Source: a virus
Virus record (IMG/VR): IMGVR_UViG_3300027747_000004
Location: 1 to 64,000 of that record
Length of the DNA: 64,000 nt
Direction: 5' to 3' (one strand)
In this document: in pieces, positions 10,779 through 22,331 of the stretch
How the letters are laid out: every line of letters begins with the position of its first letter
Numbering within the stretch: position 1 is the stretch's first letter
Position numbers and translations under genes: made by a program
The notes under the pieces: generated by a model
The model's input: only the letters and a program-made list of their open reading frames with translations
Database searches by the model: none
Told to the model about the DNA's origin: nothing

Positions 10779-11000
10779 ATGGAAATGCAGGCGCTTTTTA
10801 ACATTGCGGTCGGACTGGTTGCATTTTTTGGGGGCTGGGTGCTGAATAGCATCACGCGCTCCCTTGATAAACTTGATGCAGATGTCCGCGCCTTTCAAAG
10901 GGAGTACGTTCACAAGAACGATTACCACCGCGACATTGATGAACTGAAGTCAATCTGCAAGCAGATCTTTGACAAGCTCGATGCAAAGGCTGACAAATGA
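10779..11000 (+). CDS. small membrane protein (lysis-associated)
   Basis: AGGA RBS; N-terminal TM helix plus coiled coil. Confidence 0.6.
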   Translation: MEMQALFNIAVGLVAFFGGWVLNSITRSLDKLDADVRAFQREYVHKNDYHRDIDELKSICKQIFDKLDAKADK

Positions 11001-11638
11001 CCACACCTGCCGCCGTCCTTACTTACGACAACCTTACGTCAACCGTCCTCCAGTATTTGGAGCGGACAGATGCGGCGGTAGTGAACTTTATCCCCACAGC
11101 CATCATGTTGGCTGAGTTTGAAATCGCCCAGGACATCAAGACCCTTGGGCAGATGTTGGTAGCCGATGGCACTATGTCGACCAACAACCCGGTGATCGCC
11201 AAGCCCGCTCGGTGGCGCAAGACGGTGTCCATGACCCTCACGACCACGGCCGGCCAAAAGCAGCCCATGTACCTGCGCAAGCTGGAGTATCTTAGCTCCT
11301 ATGCCCCTGACGTGACGGCCACGGGCACGCCCATCTACTATGCCGACTACGACGCCGACCACTGGTTTGTGGCGCCCACGCCCAGCAGCAACTTTGCCTT
11401 TGAGGCGCTGGTGTACACCCGCCTGCAGCCCCTGGCCTCCGACAACCAGACCAACTGGTTGACCCAAAATGCACCCAACGCCATGCTGTATGGTACGCTC
11501 AAACAGACCGCACCATTCCTCAAGGATGACGCCCGCCTGCAAGTCTGGAGCGGCCTATTTGACGCCGCGATGGCCGCGCTGAAGGTAGAGGACCAGCTAC
11601 GCGTTGGTGACCGCCAATCCATCGTCCAGGATTCCTAA
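10997..11638 (+). CDS. second head-tail adaptor-like protein
   Basis: 'TYDNL...YLER...IPTAIMLAE', 'VAPTP', 'NWLTQNAPNAMLYG'. Confidence 0.65.
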   Translation: MTTPAAVLTYDNLTSTVLQYLERTDAAVVNFIPTAIMLAEFEIAQDIKTLGQMLVADGTMSTNNPVIAKPARWRKTVSMTLTTTAGQKQPMYLRKLEYLSSYAPDVTATGTPIYYADYDADHWFVAPTPSSNFAFEALVYTRLQPLASDNQTNWLTQNAPNAMLYGTLKQTAPFLKDDARLQVWSGLFDAAMAALKVEDQLRVGDRQSIVQDS

Positions 11639-11640
11639 TC

Positions 11641-12906
11641 ATGACAACATACACCAGCCCGTTTTCCGGCCAACAGGTATACCCTACTACGGTCAGCTAT
11701 GAGTCGCTGTCGGTAACTGCCAACACGGTCTTGCAGTGGCCGGTGAACGGCAACACCAATACGCCGGTGTCCAGCATCATCGATGTCACGGCAACGGCTA
11801 ACAGCGCCGCGCCGACTGTTGGGTGGCTGTTGGAGCTGCCGCCCGCCCAGCAGGTATCCACCGGCCAGTCCACGCTGGTGCGCAATGTGGGGTCCAACCT
11901 ATTCACGGTGACCGACACGTCTGGCAACACTATCGTGACGATTGCGTCGGGGTTGGCCTACTACATCTTCCTGACCGATAACACTACGACAAACGGGACA
12001 TGGTCCTACGTCCTGTTTGGTGCTGGCACGTCATCGGCCAACGCGTCAACCTTGGCCGGCTACGGGCTCGTTGCGTCAGGGTTAACCCTTAACCAGGTGT
12101 ACCCCGTCCTGTCGTACAGCACGACAACGACGCTGACAGTAGCAAACAGCGCCGACTTGAGTGTGTGGACCGGCGGCGCGGGATCATTTACCCTGCCATC
12201 AGCTTCTGCTGTTGGAACCGGGTGGTTCATCACGATTAAGAACAATGGCACCGGCATACTCACCATCACCCCGGCAGGCACGGATACCATCGACGGGAAT
12301 GCCAACCAGCAGTTGCAGCTAACCGAGTCGATCAGCTTGGTGTCCAACGGCGCTAACTGGAACAGTTTTGGCTACGGCCGGTCGAACTCGTTTGCGTATA
12401 CCCTGCTGTCGCTGTCGGTGACGGGCGGAACGCTCACGCTTTCCTCTACACAGGCGTCCAACACGATCCAGGTGTACGGAGGCGTGCTAACAGCGGCGCA
12501 GACAATCGTTGTCCCGTCTACGGTTCAGCTATATACCATTACCAACAATACCTCGGGGTCGTATAGCTTTACCGTTAAAACCGCGGTAAGCGGGGGCGCA
12601 AGCATTATCGTGCCCCAAGGGTCTTCGTTGGTATTGGTGTGTGACGGCACAAACGTGTACAACGCCGCTTCGGGTACTGGCAACAGCTTTACCACTTTAT
12701 CGGTGGGGAACGGTTCAACATTAAATCCCTCTATCGCTTTTAGCGCCGAAACAACGACCGGCATTTATCGCCCCACGACGGGGCAGTTTGGTATATCCGT
12801 GCTTAATACCGCGGTAGGTTATTTCTTCAACACGGGGTCCGTTACGGGCCTTAACATCACCGGCACCGGCACGTTTAGCGCAGGCATCGGTGGGGGCGCG
12901 TTCTAA
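11641..12906 (+). CDS. tail structural protein
   Basis: Thr-rich beta protein in the tail operon. Confidence 0.6.
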   Translation: MTTYTSPFSGQQVYPTTVSYESLSVTANTVLQWPVNGNTNTPVSSIIDVTATANSAAPTVGWLLELPPAQQVSTGQSTLVRNVGSNLFTVTDTSGNTIVTIASGLAYYIFLTDNTTTNGTWSYVLFGAGTSSANASTLAGYGLVASGLTLNQVYPVLSYSTTTTLTVANSADLSVWTGGAGSFTLPSASAVGTGWFITIKNNGTGILTITPAGTDTIDGNANQQLQLTESISLVSNGANWNSFGYGRSNSFAYTLLSLSVTGGTLTLSSTQASNTIQVYGGVLTAAQTIVVPSTVQLYTITNNTSGSYSFTVKTAVSGGASIIVPQGSSLVLVCDGTNVYNAASGTGNSFTTLSVGNGSTLNPSIAFSAETTTGIYRPTTGQFGISVLNTAVGYFFNTGSVTGLNITGTGTFSAGIGGGAF

Positions 12907-14930
12907 TGACCCAAAAAATTGTTGCCATGGAGATCCCGCCGGGCATCCAGCGGGATGGTACACGTTTTGATGCGCCCTGCTATACAAACGGCATGTGGGT
13001 TCGTTTCCAACGCAACCGTCCCCGCAAGATTGGTGGCTACGACGCAGTGTTTCAAAATGCGTCTGGCATATCCCGCGGCATGGCCATGACGGCTGTGAAT
13101 GGCTACAACTATGTGGTCTCTGGCTACAACAATGGCCTGCAGCAGTGGATTACCGGGCCGTCTGGCGGCGTGGGCTCAGGCCCCTATAACTTCACACTGA
13201 ACAATTTCACGGCCAGTAGCGACAACCTGTGGCAGTTTGACATCGCCTACGATTCAACCGGCAACAACACAAACAACTTGGTTGCCCACCCCGGCCAAAA
13301 TCTGTCTTACATTACGTCCACCGTCAACACCCCGGTGTTATATGGCGTGTTTCCAAGCAGCTTTGGTATCCTGTCTGGGGTGGCCATTACCGGAACGGCT
13401 GGGCAGTTTTCCGCGCTGGCGTCAGGACTCACGCCACTGGTGGTAAATCAGCAGATCACAATTAGCGGTACGTTTGGCGGTACCGGCTCAATCAGTGGTT
13501 ACACCAACCCCACAACCTATTTCATCATCGCCACCAATGGTTCGACGACGTTTACGCTGTCTGCCAGCCTTGGTGGCTCCGCCATTACCACGACCGCAGG
13601 GACGCCGACTGGCCTCACCTACACGACCGTAGGCTCTCTGTCCAAGGTGGGCGTGTTCACGGCCACGGGAACCACCAACAGCACGACGACGTTTACCCTC
13701 TCCGCTGCCAACGTACGTGTCGGGGCGGGGCAGAGTATTACTGGCCCCGGCATACCAGCGAACACCACGGTCGTATCTGTGACCGGTACCACTGTCATCC
13801 TGTCGGCGGCAGCCACGGCGTCGGCCACTATCATCGCCACCTTTGACAACAACTTGGCCGTCAGTGGCGGGTGCGTGGTGCTTCACCCGTATTTGTTCAT
13901 CTATGGCAACAATGGCCTGATCCAGAACTGCAGCGCAGGGGACTTCTCCAACTGGGTCTCCCCGGACGCCAACGCCAACAACGTGGCTACCGGAAAGATT
14001 GTCAAGGGCCTACCCATCCGTGGGGGTTCCACGTCGCCCAGCGGCCTATTCTGGGCCGCTGATGCCCTGATCCGTGTCAGCTTTCAGCCATCAAGCTCGG
14101 GCGGCGTGAACTACTACTGGGCGTACGACCTAGTGAGCAGCCAAACCTCCATCATGTCGTCGAGCAGCGTCATAGAGTACGACGGCATCTATTACTGGTG
14201 CGGGGTGGACCGGTTCTTAATGTACGGTGGCCAGGTCCAAGAGATTCCCAACGGGTTGAACCAGAACTACTTTTTTGATAACGTCAACATTGCCCAACGC
14301 CAAAAGGTGTGGGCTACAAAAGTCCCGCGCTATGGCGAGATCTGGTGGTTTTACCCCAAAGGAACGGCCACCGAATGCACCGACGCCATCATCTACAACG
14401 TGCGCGAGAAGTCGTGGTACGACGCTGGCCAAGCCCTTGGTGCCCGCCGCTCTGCTGGCGTGTTCTCTGAGGTGTTCCCAAAGCCTATTTGGGCAGGTAA
14501 TGAACTAAGCAGCGGAGGCACGGCCACGCTGTGGCAGCACGAGACCGGGTACGACTCAATAAACCTGACCAACGTGACCGCAATCCAAAGCTACTTTGAG
14601 ACAAACAGCATCGGCACCATGGGCGGTCTGGTGGGGTCACAGCAGCAGCCAGGCGACAACCTGTGGACTCGCCTCGAGCGCATTGAGCCCGACTTTGTGC
14701 AGACGGGCACCATGAGCGTCGTGGTTACCGGTGAGGGCTACGCCGACGATACTACGGTCGAGTCTGCGCCCTATTACTTTGACCCGACCACCCTCAAGAT
14801 CGACATGCGCGAGCAGCGCCGCGAGATGCGTCTGCGCTTTGAGTCCAACGTGGCCGGCGGGACCTACCAAACGGGCCGCGTGCTGTTGTCCTTAACCACC
14901 GGAGACGTGCGTGGCACGGGCAACCCATGA
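12906..14930 (+). CDS. tail nozzle / stabilisation protein (P22 gp10 or T7 gp12-like beta-propeller) with inserted surface domains
   Basis: 674 aa; 'PPGIQRDGT', 'EIWWFYP...IIYN..E..WY' propeller-like motifs; precedes the ejection genes. Confidence 0.65.
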   Translation: MTQKIVAMEIPPGIQRDGTRFDAPCYTNGMWVRFQRNRPRKIGGYDAVFQNASGISRGMAMTAVNGYNYVVSGYNNGLQQWITGPSGGVGSGPYNFTLNNFTASSDNLWQFDIAYDSTGNNTNNLVAHPGQNLSYITSTVNTPVLYGVFPSSFGILSGVAITGTAGQFSALASGLTPLVVNQQITISGTFGGTGSISGYTNPTTYFIIATNGSTTFTLSASLGGSAITTTAGTPTGLTYTTVGSLSKVGVFTATGTTNSTTTFTLSAANVRVGAGQSITGPGIPANTTVVSVTGTTVILSAAATASATIIATFDNNLAVSGGCVVLHPYLFIYGNNGLIQNCSAGDFSNWVSPDANANNVATGKIVKGLPIRGGSTSPSGLFWAADALIRVSFQPSSSGGVNYYWAYDLVSSQTSIMSSSSVIEYDGIYYWCGVDRFLMYGGQVQEIPNGLNQNYFFDNVNIAQRQKVWATKVPRYGEIWWFYPKGTATECTDAIIYNVREKSWYDAGQALGARRSAGVFSEVFPKPIWAGNELSSGGTATLWQHETGYDSINLTNVTAIQSYFETNSIGTMGGLVGSQQQPGDNLWTRLERIEPDFVQTGTMSVVVTGEGYADDTTVESAPYYFDPTTLKIDMREQRREMRLRFESNVAGGTYQTGRVLLSLTTGDVRGTGNP

Positions 14931-15154
14931 TCGCGCAGGTCTACGATCCCCGCAACCTTACGTGGGACGCCTGGTGCGCGCTCATGGCGGAACAGTATGC
15001 GGCAAACCAACTGGGCACGTCGCCCGAGTCGCAATGGCGCGAGTGGGCTAATGCTCTGTCCGGTATCGGGCGCTTTCCCGGCGCACCGGGCGCTCTTGGT
15101 TTTGACAAATGGCAGGATTGGGCGTTTGCCCTTGCCAACACGATCAGAAAATAA
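14927..15154 (+). CDS. hypothetical protein
   Basis: ATGA overlap with upstream gene; Trp-rich 75 aa. Confidence 0.6.
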   Translation: MIAQVYDPRNLTWDAWCALMAEQYAANQLGTSPESQWREWANALSGIGRFPGAPGALGFDKWQDWAFALANTIRK

Positions 15155-15156
15155 AA

Positions 15157-17083
15157 ATGGCTCTCAATCAAACCACATCATCTCCACTATCTCCAGAAGA
15201 TGCTGCCTTGCGAGCCAAAGGCCCACCTGTTGCCGGCTCAACATTTGTTCCATCACACATACAATATGCCAACGAACATCAGGGTGGAAATCAATTTGTA
15301 AAAGGCTATTGGACTGACCCAAGTGTTACTGGCGGCGGGGGTTTTCTTGGACAAGTTGCAGACTCAGTCAGCGGGGGGCTTCAACACGTCAGCGATGTTG
15401 TTTCTAACGACCCGATCGCAAAAACAATTGCGGCTGTTGGTCTTGCGGTGGCCACCGGGGGCGCGAGTTCAGCCATCAGCGGTGCGCTGCTTGATTCGGG
15501 TATTATCAGCAGCGCGGCCGTAGCAGACGCGGCAAGCTCGGCGATCATTAACGCCGGCGTGCAAATTGCGCAGGGCGTGCCGCCCGGTCAAGCGCTGACA
15601 AACGCCGCCGTGACCTTTGGTGCCGGGCAGTACATAAACCCCGCGATATCTTCCGAGATAAAGAGCATTATCAGCTCACCCACCATCGCTAACATGGCGA
15701 CCAATGCCGCGACCAGCATTGCTACAGGCGCGCTGCGCGGACAGTCTGGGGACACGCTTTTAAAGTCGGCAATTGGTGCCGCTACAGGGTCCTTGGCGGG
15801 ATCCGTGAGCAAGGAGGTTGGCCAGACGGTCCTGAATAACATTGACGACCCAACCATCGCCAAGATCGCCTCTGACGCCGCTGCCGCGGGTACCAAGGCC
15901 GCACTGACAAACCAAAACGTAGGCAAAGCCGCCTTGGACGCCGGCGCGACTACACTTGCAAATTCCAATCTTGGGATTGACAATCCGCTGTCGGGTATAA
16001 CGTCAAATCTGCCGTCGATTGACATGTCGGGCTTCAAGGCCGCGATAAAACCCATCAGCGACGCCGCAACTAAATTTGCACAGCCTATCAGCGATGCCGC
16101 TACCACGGCGCTGCAGCCCGTCAGCGACGCGGTGGCCAAGGCCACCAGCAACCTACCCACCGTAAACGCGCCCAACCTTAACTTGCCCACCGTAAACGCG
16201 CCCAACCTTAACCTGCCGAACGTGGACCTGTCTGGTGTTACTGGCGGACTCCCAACGACATCAACCGCCGGCACAGCCGACACGTCTGCGCCCCCCGCGG
16301 TAGTCCCGGGCCAGGCGATGCACTTAGGAAAAGTAGGATCCGATATGACTGAGCACCAGCTACAACAACTCTATGAGTCCTTGACCGCGGCACCTACAGA
16401 GAATTACAACTATGACAACTCTGCACCCCAATCAGTGGACGTGGCCAAGATGGAGGCACAACCCTTCATGCAACCCCAGCAACAAATGTACTTCTCCAAG
16501 ACGGGCGGCCCGGTCCAGCACTTTAATACTGGCGCACAGCCCGACCCCGCGCAAAGCGATTACACCCAAGGATTTTCTAACATAACCGACTTGGCCAAGT
16601 CCTTGCAGACCGCGGCCGATGCCGGCACGATTAGCAAAATCTACCCACACAAGATGATGATCAACGGCAATGTTGGCGTCAGCCAGTACACGCCCAAGGT
16701 TCTGCCTCAGCTCGCCGCGGTCTTGCGCGCCCGTGGCATGACTTTGGCCGATGGGGGCCAGCCCAACGACCATGAGCATCCCAACTACGATGGCACGCCG
16801 GTGTTTCGCACGGGCGGCTTGGAAGGCCTGGGCGGCAAGTACGTAGAAGGTAAGGGCGACGGCACCAGCGACGACATCACGGCTATGCTGGCCAACGGCG
16901 AGTACGTGTTCAGCGCTGACGTGGTGTCTGCCTTGGGCAACGGGTCCAACAAAGCGGGTGCAGAACGACTCAATCAAATGGTGCATGCCATCCGGGCCCG
17001 TGCGCGCTCCGCGCCCCCGGATAAGCTACCCCCAGATGCCAAGTCCCCGCTAGAATACCTGAAGTCCTCAAAGGGGAAAAAGA

Positions 17084-17091
<8 letters not shown>
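15157..17091 (+). CDS. internal virion (ejection) protein with C-terminal xxxGG motifs and a GExV domain
   Basis: Ala-rich helical body; SKTGG, LADGG, FRTGG, then 'EGKGDGTSDDITAMLANGEYVFSADVV'. ATG 15157 preferred over 15109. Confidence 0.7.
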
Positions 17092-18388
<1,297 letters not shown>

Positions 18389-18398
18389 GGAATAGATT

Positions 18399-20159
18399 AT
18401 GGGAACAGAAACTAAATCGGCCCCTATTACGAATGACGTAACCCCCGGCCTGAATGCTATACAAGGCCTGCCCGTGACGGGCCCCGGAGCGCCTAGTAAC
18501 AGCCAAGACTATTTGGATAGCCTGAAGGATGCCGAGGCCGCGCTAGAGGCGCGCTACGCCAACCCCAACTGGTTTAACGTGGCCGCCGGCTTTGCCAAAC
18601 CCCAACTGGGCGGCTTTACCGCATCCTTGGGCAGCGCCGCGCAGGCTTTGGGGGACTGGCAGGAACAACAACGTGCCAACCAGATCCCGCTGTTCAACGT
18701 GCGCGCCCAGGTGGGTGCTTTGCAAGCTCAACGAAAAAACCGCGAAGCCGCTGCACAAAAATTGGAGGATTGGAAGAATCCAAGCAATCCAAATGCCAAA
18801 CCTGCAGATCCATCAACAGCCGCCGCCCTTAAACGCGAATTAACAAACCTAGGGGCACCTGATCTGGCCGCGGGTATCGGTGAAGAGGTGTCCACAAATA
18901 AAGCGCTGTCCGATATTGGATTGACCACGTCCAGCACCCTAAATACGGACGTTAAAACTCAAGAACTTTTGGGCGGTACCCCACGTGCGCAAGCAGAATT
19001 ACAACAGATGGCTGCGCAGTTGGGATTGACAACCCAAGAGCTCAAAAACAAGATAACCGAAAACAATTTGACTGCGCAGCAGATTCAAGAGGCAATTGCA
19101 AGAACAAACTTAACAGGTGCTCAGATAGTTAATACGAGAGCTCAGACAGCATTGACTAACGTAGAAACCGCGCAAGTACGACAGAGAACTAGTTTCGAAG
19201 CGCAAAATGCGGTACTTGACAACCTATTTATTAAAGCGCCGCCCGGATCTTTGCCCATAGATTGGGCGGTAAACAGGGATGCCACTAGAAAAAATATAAT
19301 AGATATTTTGGTAGCAAAAGGTTTAGTTACGCCAGAAAATGCAAAAGGGTTTTCGGATAACAAATTACAGGCCGCAATGAACGGTGTATCTTCGGACTAC
19401 ATCAATTCCAAAATAAAGAACCGGGATACCGCAAGCCAGGTTGTAGAGGCTACTCAAGGGGATTTGAAAGATCTTGCCATAGCAAGAGACATAGTAACCA
19501 GTCCCCGTATGGGCAAAATTTTAGGTATTGGCGCGGGCCAAAGCGCTATGTCTGCGATGTTTGGTTACTTTGCAAATCCCACCGACGGAACTGCGTCTTC
19601 GTTAAATAGGGCCGCCGCGCAATTAAGCGCATCGGATCCCCAAGCATTTGCTGATTTTGATGTACTGAACAAGACCCTGCAACGTAATCAGTTGCGCGCT
19701 CGTTCAGCGATGGAAAATCCTTCTGTAGGATCGCAAATACAAGTCGCAAAAGCTAACCCAAGTTCCTTTGTGAATTCGCAATTGGCCATAGCTAAGATGC
19801 TTGATTTAATGGCGCACGATACCTCTATGATCAACAGGACCGCGGCTCTGCGCATGGGGTGGACGGGGGATTACAATGATTTCGTCTCCAATCCTAAGTC
19901 TGGGTACGCTGCTCTGACGGATATGGGTCAAGAAGAGGAACGACAAATTGCAATCAGCCCCTCTAGTGTGAACCCAAAACTGCCGGACTTCTATTACCCA
20001 AGCCGGAAAGCCCCGGGGGCTACGGCTCCTGCAACGACGCCTGCTGCAGCACCAGCAGCGCCAGCAGCTCCTGCTGTAGCCCCTGCGGCAAATGCCCAAC
20101 GCCCTTTCCATTACGAGTACAGCACCGATCGTACTCAACGGAGAAAAGTCTATGACTGA
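18399..20159 (+). CDS. internal virion / ejection protein
   Basis: AAGGA RBS; helical 586 aa; position in the ejection cluster. Confidence 0.6.
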   Translation: MGTETKSAPITNDVTPGLNAIQGLPVTGPGAPSNSQDYLDSLKDAEAALEARYANPNWFNVAAGFAKPQLGGFTASLGSAAQALGDWQEQQRANQIPLFNVRAQVGALQAQRKNREAAAQKLEDWKNPSNPNAKPADPSTAAALKRELTNLGAPDLAAGIGEEVSTNKALSDIGLTTSSTLNTDVKTQELLGGTPRAQAELQQMAAQLGLTTQELKNKITENNLTAQQIQEAIARTNLTGAQIVNTRAQTALTNVETAQVRQRTSFEAQNAVLDNLFIKAPPGSLPIDWAVNRDATRKNIIDILVAKGLVTPENAKGFSDNKLQAAMNGVSSDYINSKIKNRDTASQVVEATQGDLKDLAIARDIVTSPRMGKILGIGAGQSAMSAMFGYFANPTDGTASSLNRAAAQLSASDPQAFADFDVLNKTLQRNQLRARSAMENPSVGSQIQVAKANPSSFVNSQLAIAKMLDLMAHDTSMINRTAALRMGWTGDYNDFVSNPKSGYAALTDMGQEEERQIAISPSSVNPKLPDFYYPSRKAPGATAPATTPAAAPAAPAAPAVAPAANAQRPFHYEYSTDRTQRRKVYD

Positions 20160-21624
20160 AAAAAAAGTTGGTGAATGGGAACCCGCGCCGGGGGGTCAAA
20201 AGGTAGGGGAATGGGAACCCGTTCCCGCGGCTGAAAAAGCCTCTGCACCCGCGGCTGAAAAAGCCTCTGCGCCCGCGGCTGAAAAAGCCTCTGCGCCCGA
20301 AGCAGCCAATAATATTCCCAATGCCGAGGAGGCTTTGGCGCGCTTAAAAGCTGCCATCGCCGAAAAAGATTACGCGGCCATAGGGGTGGCGCAAGAAGAC
20401 CTTAAAGCCGCAAATAAGGCGCGGGTAGACGCCGGTAAAGATCCTCTGCCCGTGCCGAGTCTGGTAGCCCCGGCCCCACTCGTGCAACCCGTGGGCGTTG
20501 GCACCGGTAACAGCGGATCAATACTTGACCAAATACCCCTGCCTATCCAACGTGGCGTGGGGGCAGTGACAGGCGCGGGGTTAGGTTTAAGTTTAGGCAT
20601 AGGGCCCGCAGCAGCTAAGGCATATCTTGCCAAAAGGGCAATAGACAAGTTTCTTCCAAAGTCTGATGCCCAACCTACGCCTGTTGCGACAACGACGGAA
20701 ACCCCAAACTCTTCGCCTTGGAGCCCTAGTTCTACTCCTAATACCCCCGCTGCCAATCCTACCATCCCTATGAATGGCGCGCCCGCGGTGGACTACGGAG
20801 AAACGCCTTTTCAAAGGGAATTAAACCAACAGGGTAAAGCGGGGCAACGCGCCGCTCGTATTGATGAAGCTAGAGAAAATGCAAATTCTTTGGGGTTAAA
20901 CGTTAATGAACCTTTAGCAGAATACCCTGATATAGAAGCCACTAAAAGCGGAATATATGCACCTAAGAATGTTGTAAATGCCATTGAAGATGAAAAAAAA
21001 GCAGAACTAGATAGGCGTGTTAACGCCGCAGAAAACGCTAGGTTAGAACGACAAAACCGAGCATTAAACGCCGCAACCCAAGCTGGGTCGCAGTGGCAAA
21101 ATCTCTACCGTAGGGGGCAAGAACTCGCCGCCAGCGCCGAAGCTGACAGCCAAAAATTAGGCAACTTACTGAAGCAAAAGGCATTGGATTGGTGGCGTAC
21201 AGGAGTGCCTCCGTTCCAAAATATTGCGGGCCGTTTAGCCTCTGCAGGCGCGGGGCTTGGCTTTGCGGTACCCGGTGCCGTGGAAAAAGCAAGAAAAGAT
21301 GATTATTCGGGGGCTCTTCAGGAATTGGGAACGGGCTCTGCGGTAGGTACGGCGCTGTCGTATATTCCTGAACAAGCAGCAGGCCCGTTAAATGCCGCTG
21401 TCCAGGGAATGGATTCGATTGCCCGTGGTAGCAAGGGTGACTACCTTGGGTCTTCGCTCTCTGCGCTTGGGGCATTAGGCCCTTACGCCGCTGCGGCTCT
21501 TTTCCCCGAATTTGCCCTACCCGCTGCGGCCGCAACTGCCGTTATACCCCCCGCAATAAATGCCGCCCGAGATTACTATCTCAGAAATTACGGTACGCCG
21601 CAGGGGGCGCTGCCTACTCAGTAG
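20152..21624 (+). CDS. internal virion / ejection protein (last gene of the late operon)
   Basis: GGAG RBS before ATG 20152; repeated KVGEWEP, PAAEKASA x3 (24-bp repeat at 20224-20295), hydrophobic C-terminus. Confidence 0.6.
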   Translation: MTEKKVGEWEPAPGGQKVGEWEPVPAAEKASAPAAEKASAPAAEKASAPEAANNIPNAEEALARLKAAIAEKDYAAIGVAQEDLKAANKARVDAGKDPLPVPSLVAPAPLVQPVGVGTGNSGSILDQIPLPIQRGVGAVTGAGLGLSLGIGPAAAKAYLAKRAIDKFLPKSDAQPTPVATTTETPNSSPWSPSSTPNTPAANPTIPMNGAPAVDYGETPFQRELNQQGKAGQRAARIDEARENANSLGLNVNEPLAEYPDIEATKSGIYAPKNVVNAIEDEKKAELDRRVNAAENARLERQNRALNAATQAGSQWQNLYRRGQELAASAEADSQKLGNLLKQKALDWWRTGVPPFQNIAGRLASAGAGLGFAVPGAVEKARKDDYSGALQELGTGSAVGTALSYIPEQAAGPLNAAVQGMDSIARGSKGDYLGSSLSALGALGPYAAAALFPEFALPAAAATAVIPPAINAARDYYLRNYGTPQGALPTQ

Positions 21625-21718
21625 TTTCGCTGGATCAAAAGCATCGTAAAAAAGACCGTTAAAAACGCGAACTTCATCATCAAAAATGGGAACGCAAAAA
21701 CGGCTTTAATCAAGTACC

Positions 21719-21961
21719 TCACATGCCACCCCGCTTCTCGGCCAGTGCGCGTGCCACCTCGGGGTTGAGGGACTCGACGAACTCAATGCACAGGGCGCGC
21801 TCCTTGCGCGCGTAGGTCAGGGCGACCTTCTTCTCGACCTTCTGGCCAAACTCAATGATGTCCAAATTGTCGGTGTACAGGCCCTTGGGGTCGATGGGCT
21901 CGTTGGGGTCTTGGCTCTTGCAGTCCATGAGTACCATCTTTAGGTCGTGTTCAGAAAGCAT
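21719..21961 (-). CDS. hypothetical protein
   Basis: GGAG RBS; phage-like codon bias. Confidence 0.65.
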   Translation of the reverse strand: MLSEHDLKMVLMDCKSQDPNEPIDPKGLYTDNLDIIEFGQKVEKKVALTYARKERALCIEFVESLNPEVARALAEKRGGM

Positions 21962-21975
21962 GCTTTTTTCTCCGG

Positions 21976-22003
21976 TTGATGTAACTTGGGGTTAGATTAT
22001 AAT
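21976..22003 (+). promoter_or_regulatory. sigma70-like promoter for a probably leaderless Cro-like gene
   Basis: TTGATG-N16-TATAAT; ATG begins 7 nt after the -10. Confidence 0.6.
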
Positions 22004-22009
22004 GCGGGC

Positions 22010-22210
22010 ATGACGCTCGCTGAATACTTTAAGACCGACGTACGGGGTGCCAAGGCCGAGATGGCCGAGTACCTCAAGATCACGCCCACGTGGATGGCCC
22101 TGCTCATTGCCGGGTCCCGCCAGCCTTCGCCGGTGCTGGCGCTGAAGATTGAGGAGGCGACGCAAGGCCTGGTGACCCGGCAGGAGCTTCGGCCAGATAT
22201 CTTTCGCTGA
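22010..22210 (+). CDS. Cro/YdaS-like HTH regulator
   Basis: 'AEMAEYLKITPTWM...GSRQPSPVLALKIEEATQGLVTRQELRPD' signature. Confidence 0.8.
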   Translation: MTLAEYFKTDVRGAKAEMAEYLKITPTWMALLIAGSRQPSPVLALKIEEATQGLVTRQELRPDIFR

Positions 22211-22331
22211 CCGCCCACCGCCACGCGGCCAGCAGGAGCTTGTTCTCCTCGCGCAGGCGCACGTTCTCGTCGTTGACCTCCGTGGCGAACTTGGCCAGGT
22301 TCTCGTGCTTCCAGGCATAAAAGTCAGCCAT
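22104..22331 (-). CDS. hypothetical coiled-coil protein
   Basis: start overlaps the helicase stop; GGAG RBS; 'DFYAWKHENLAKFA'. Confidence 0.55.
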   Translation of the reverse strand: MADFYAWKHENLAKFATEVNDENVRLREENKLLLAAWRWAVSERYLAEAPAGSPGLASPPQSSAPAPAKAGGTRQ

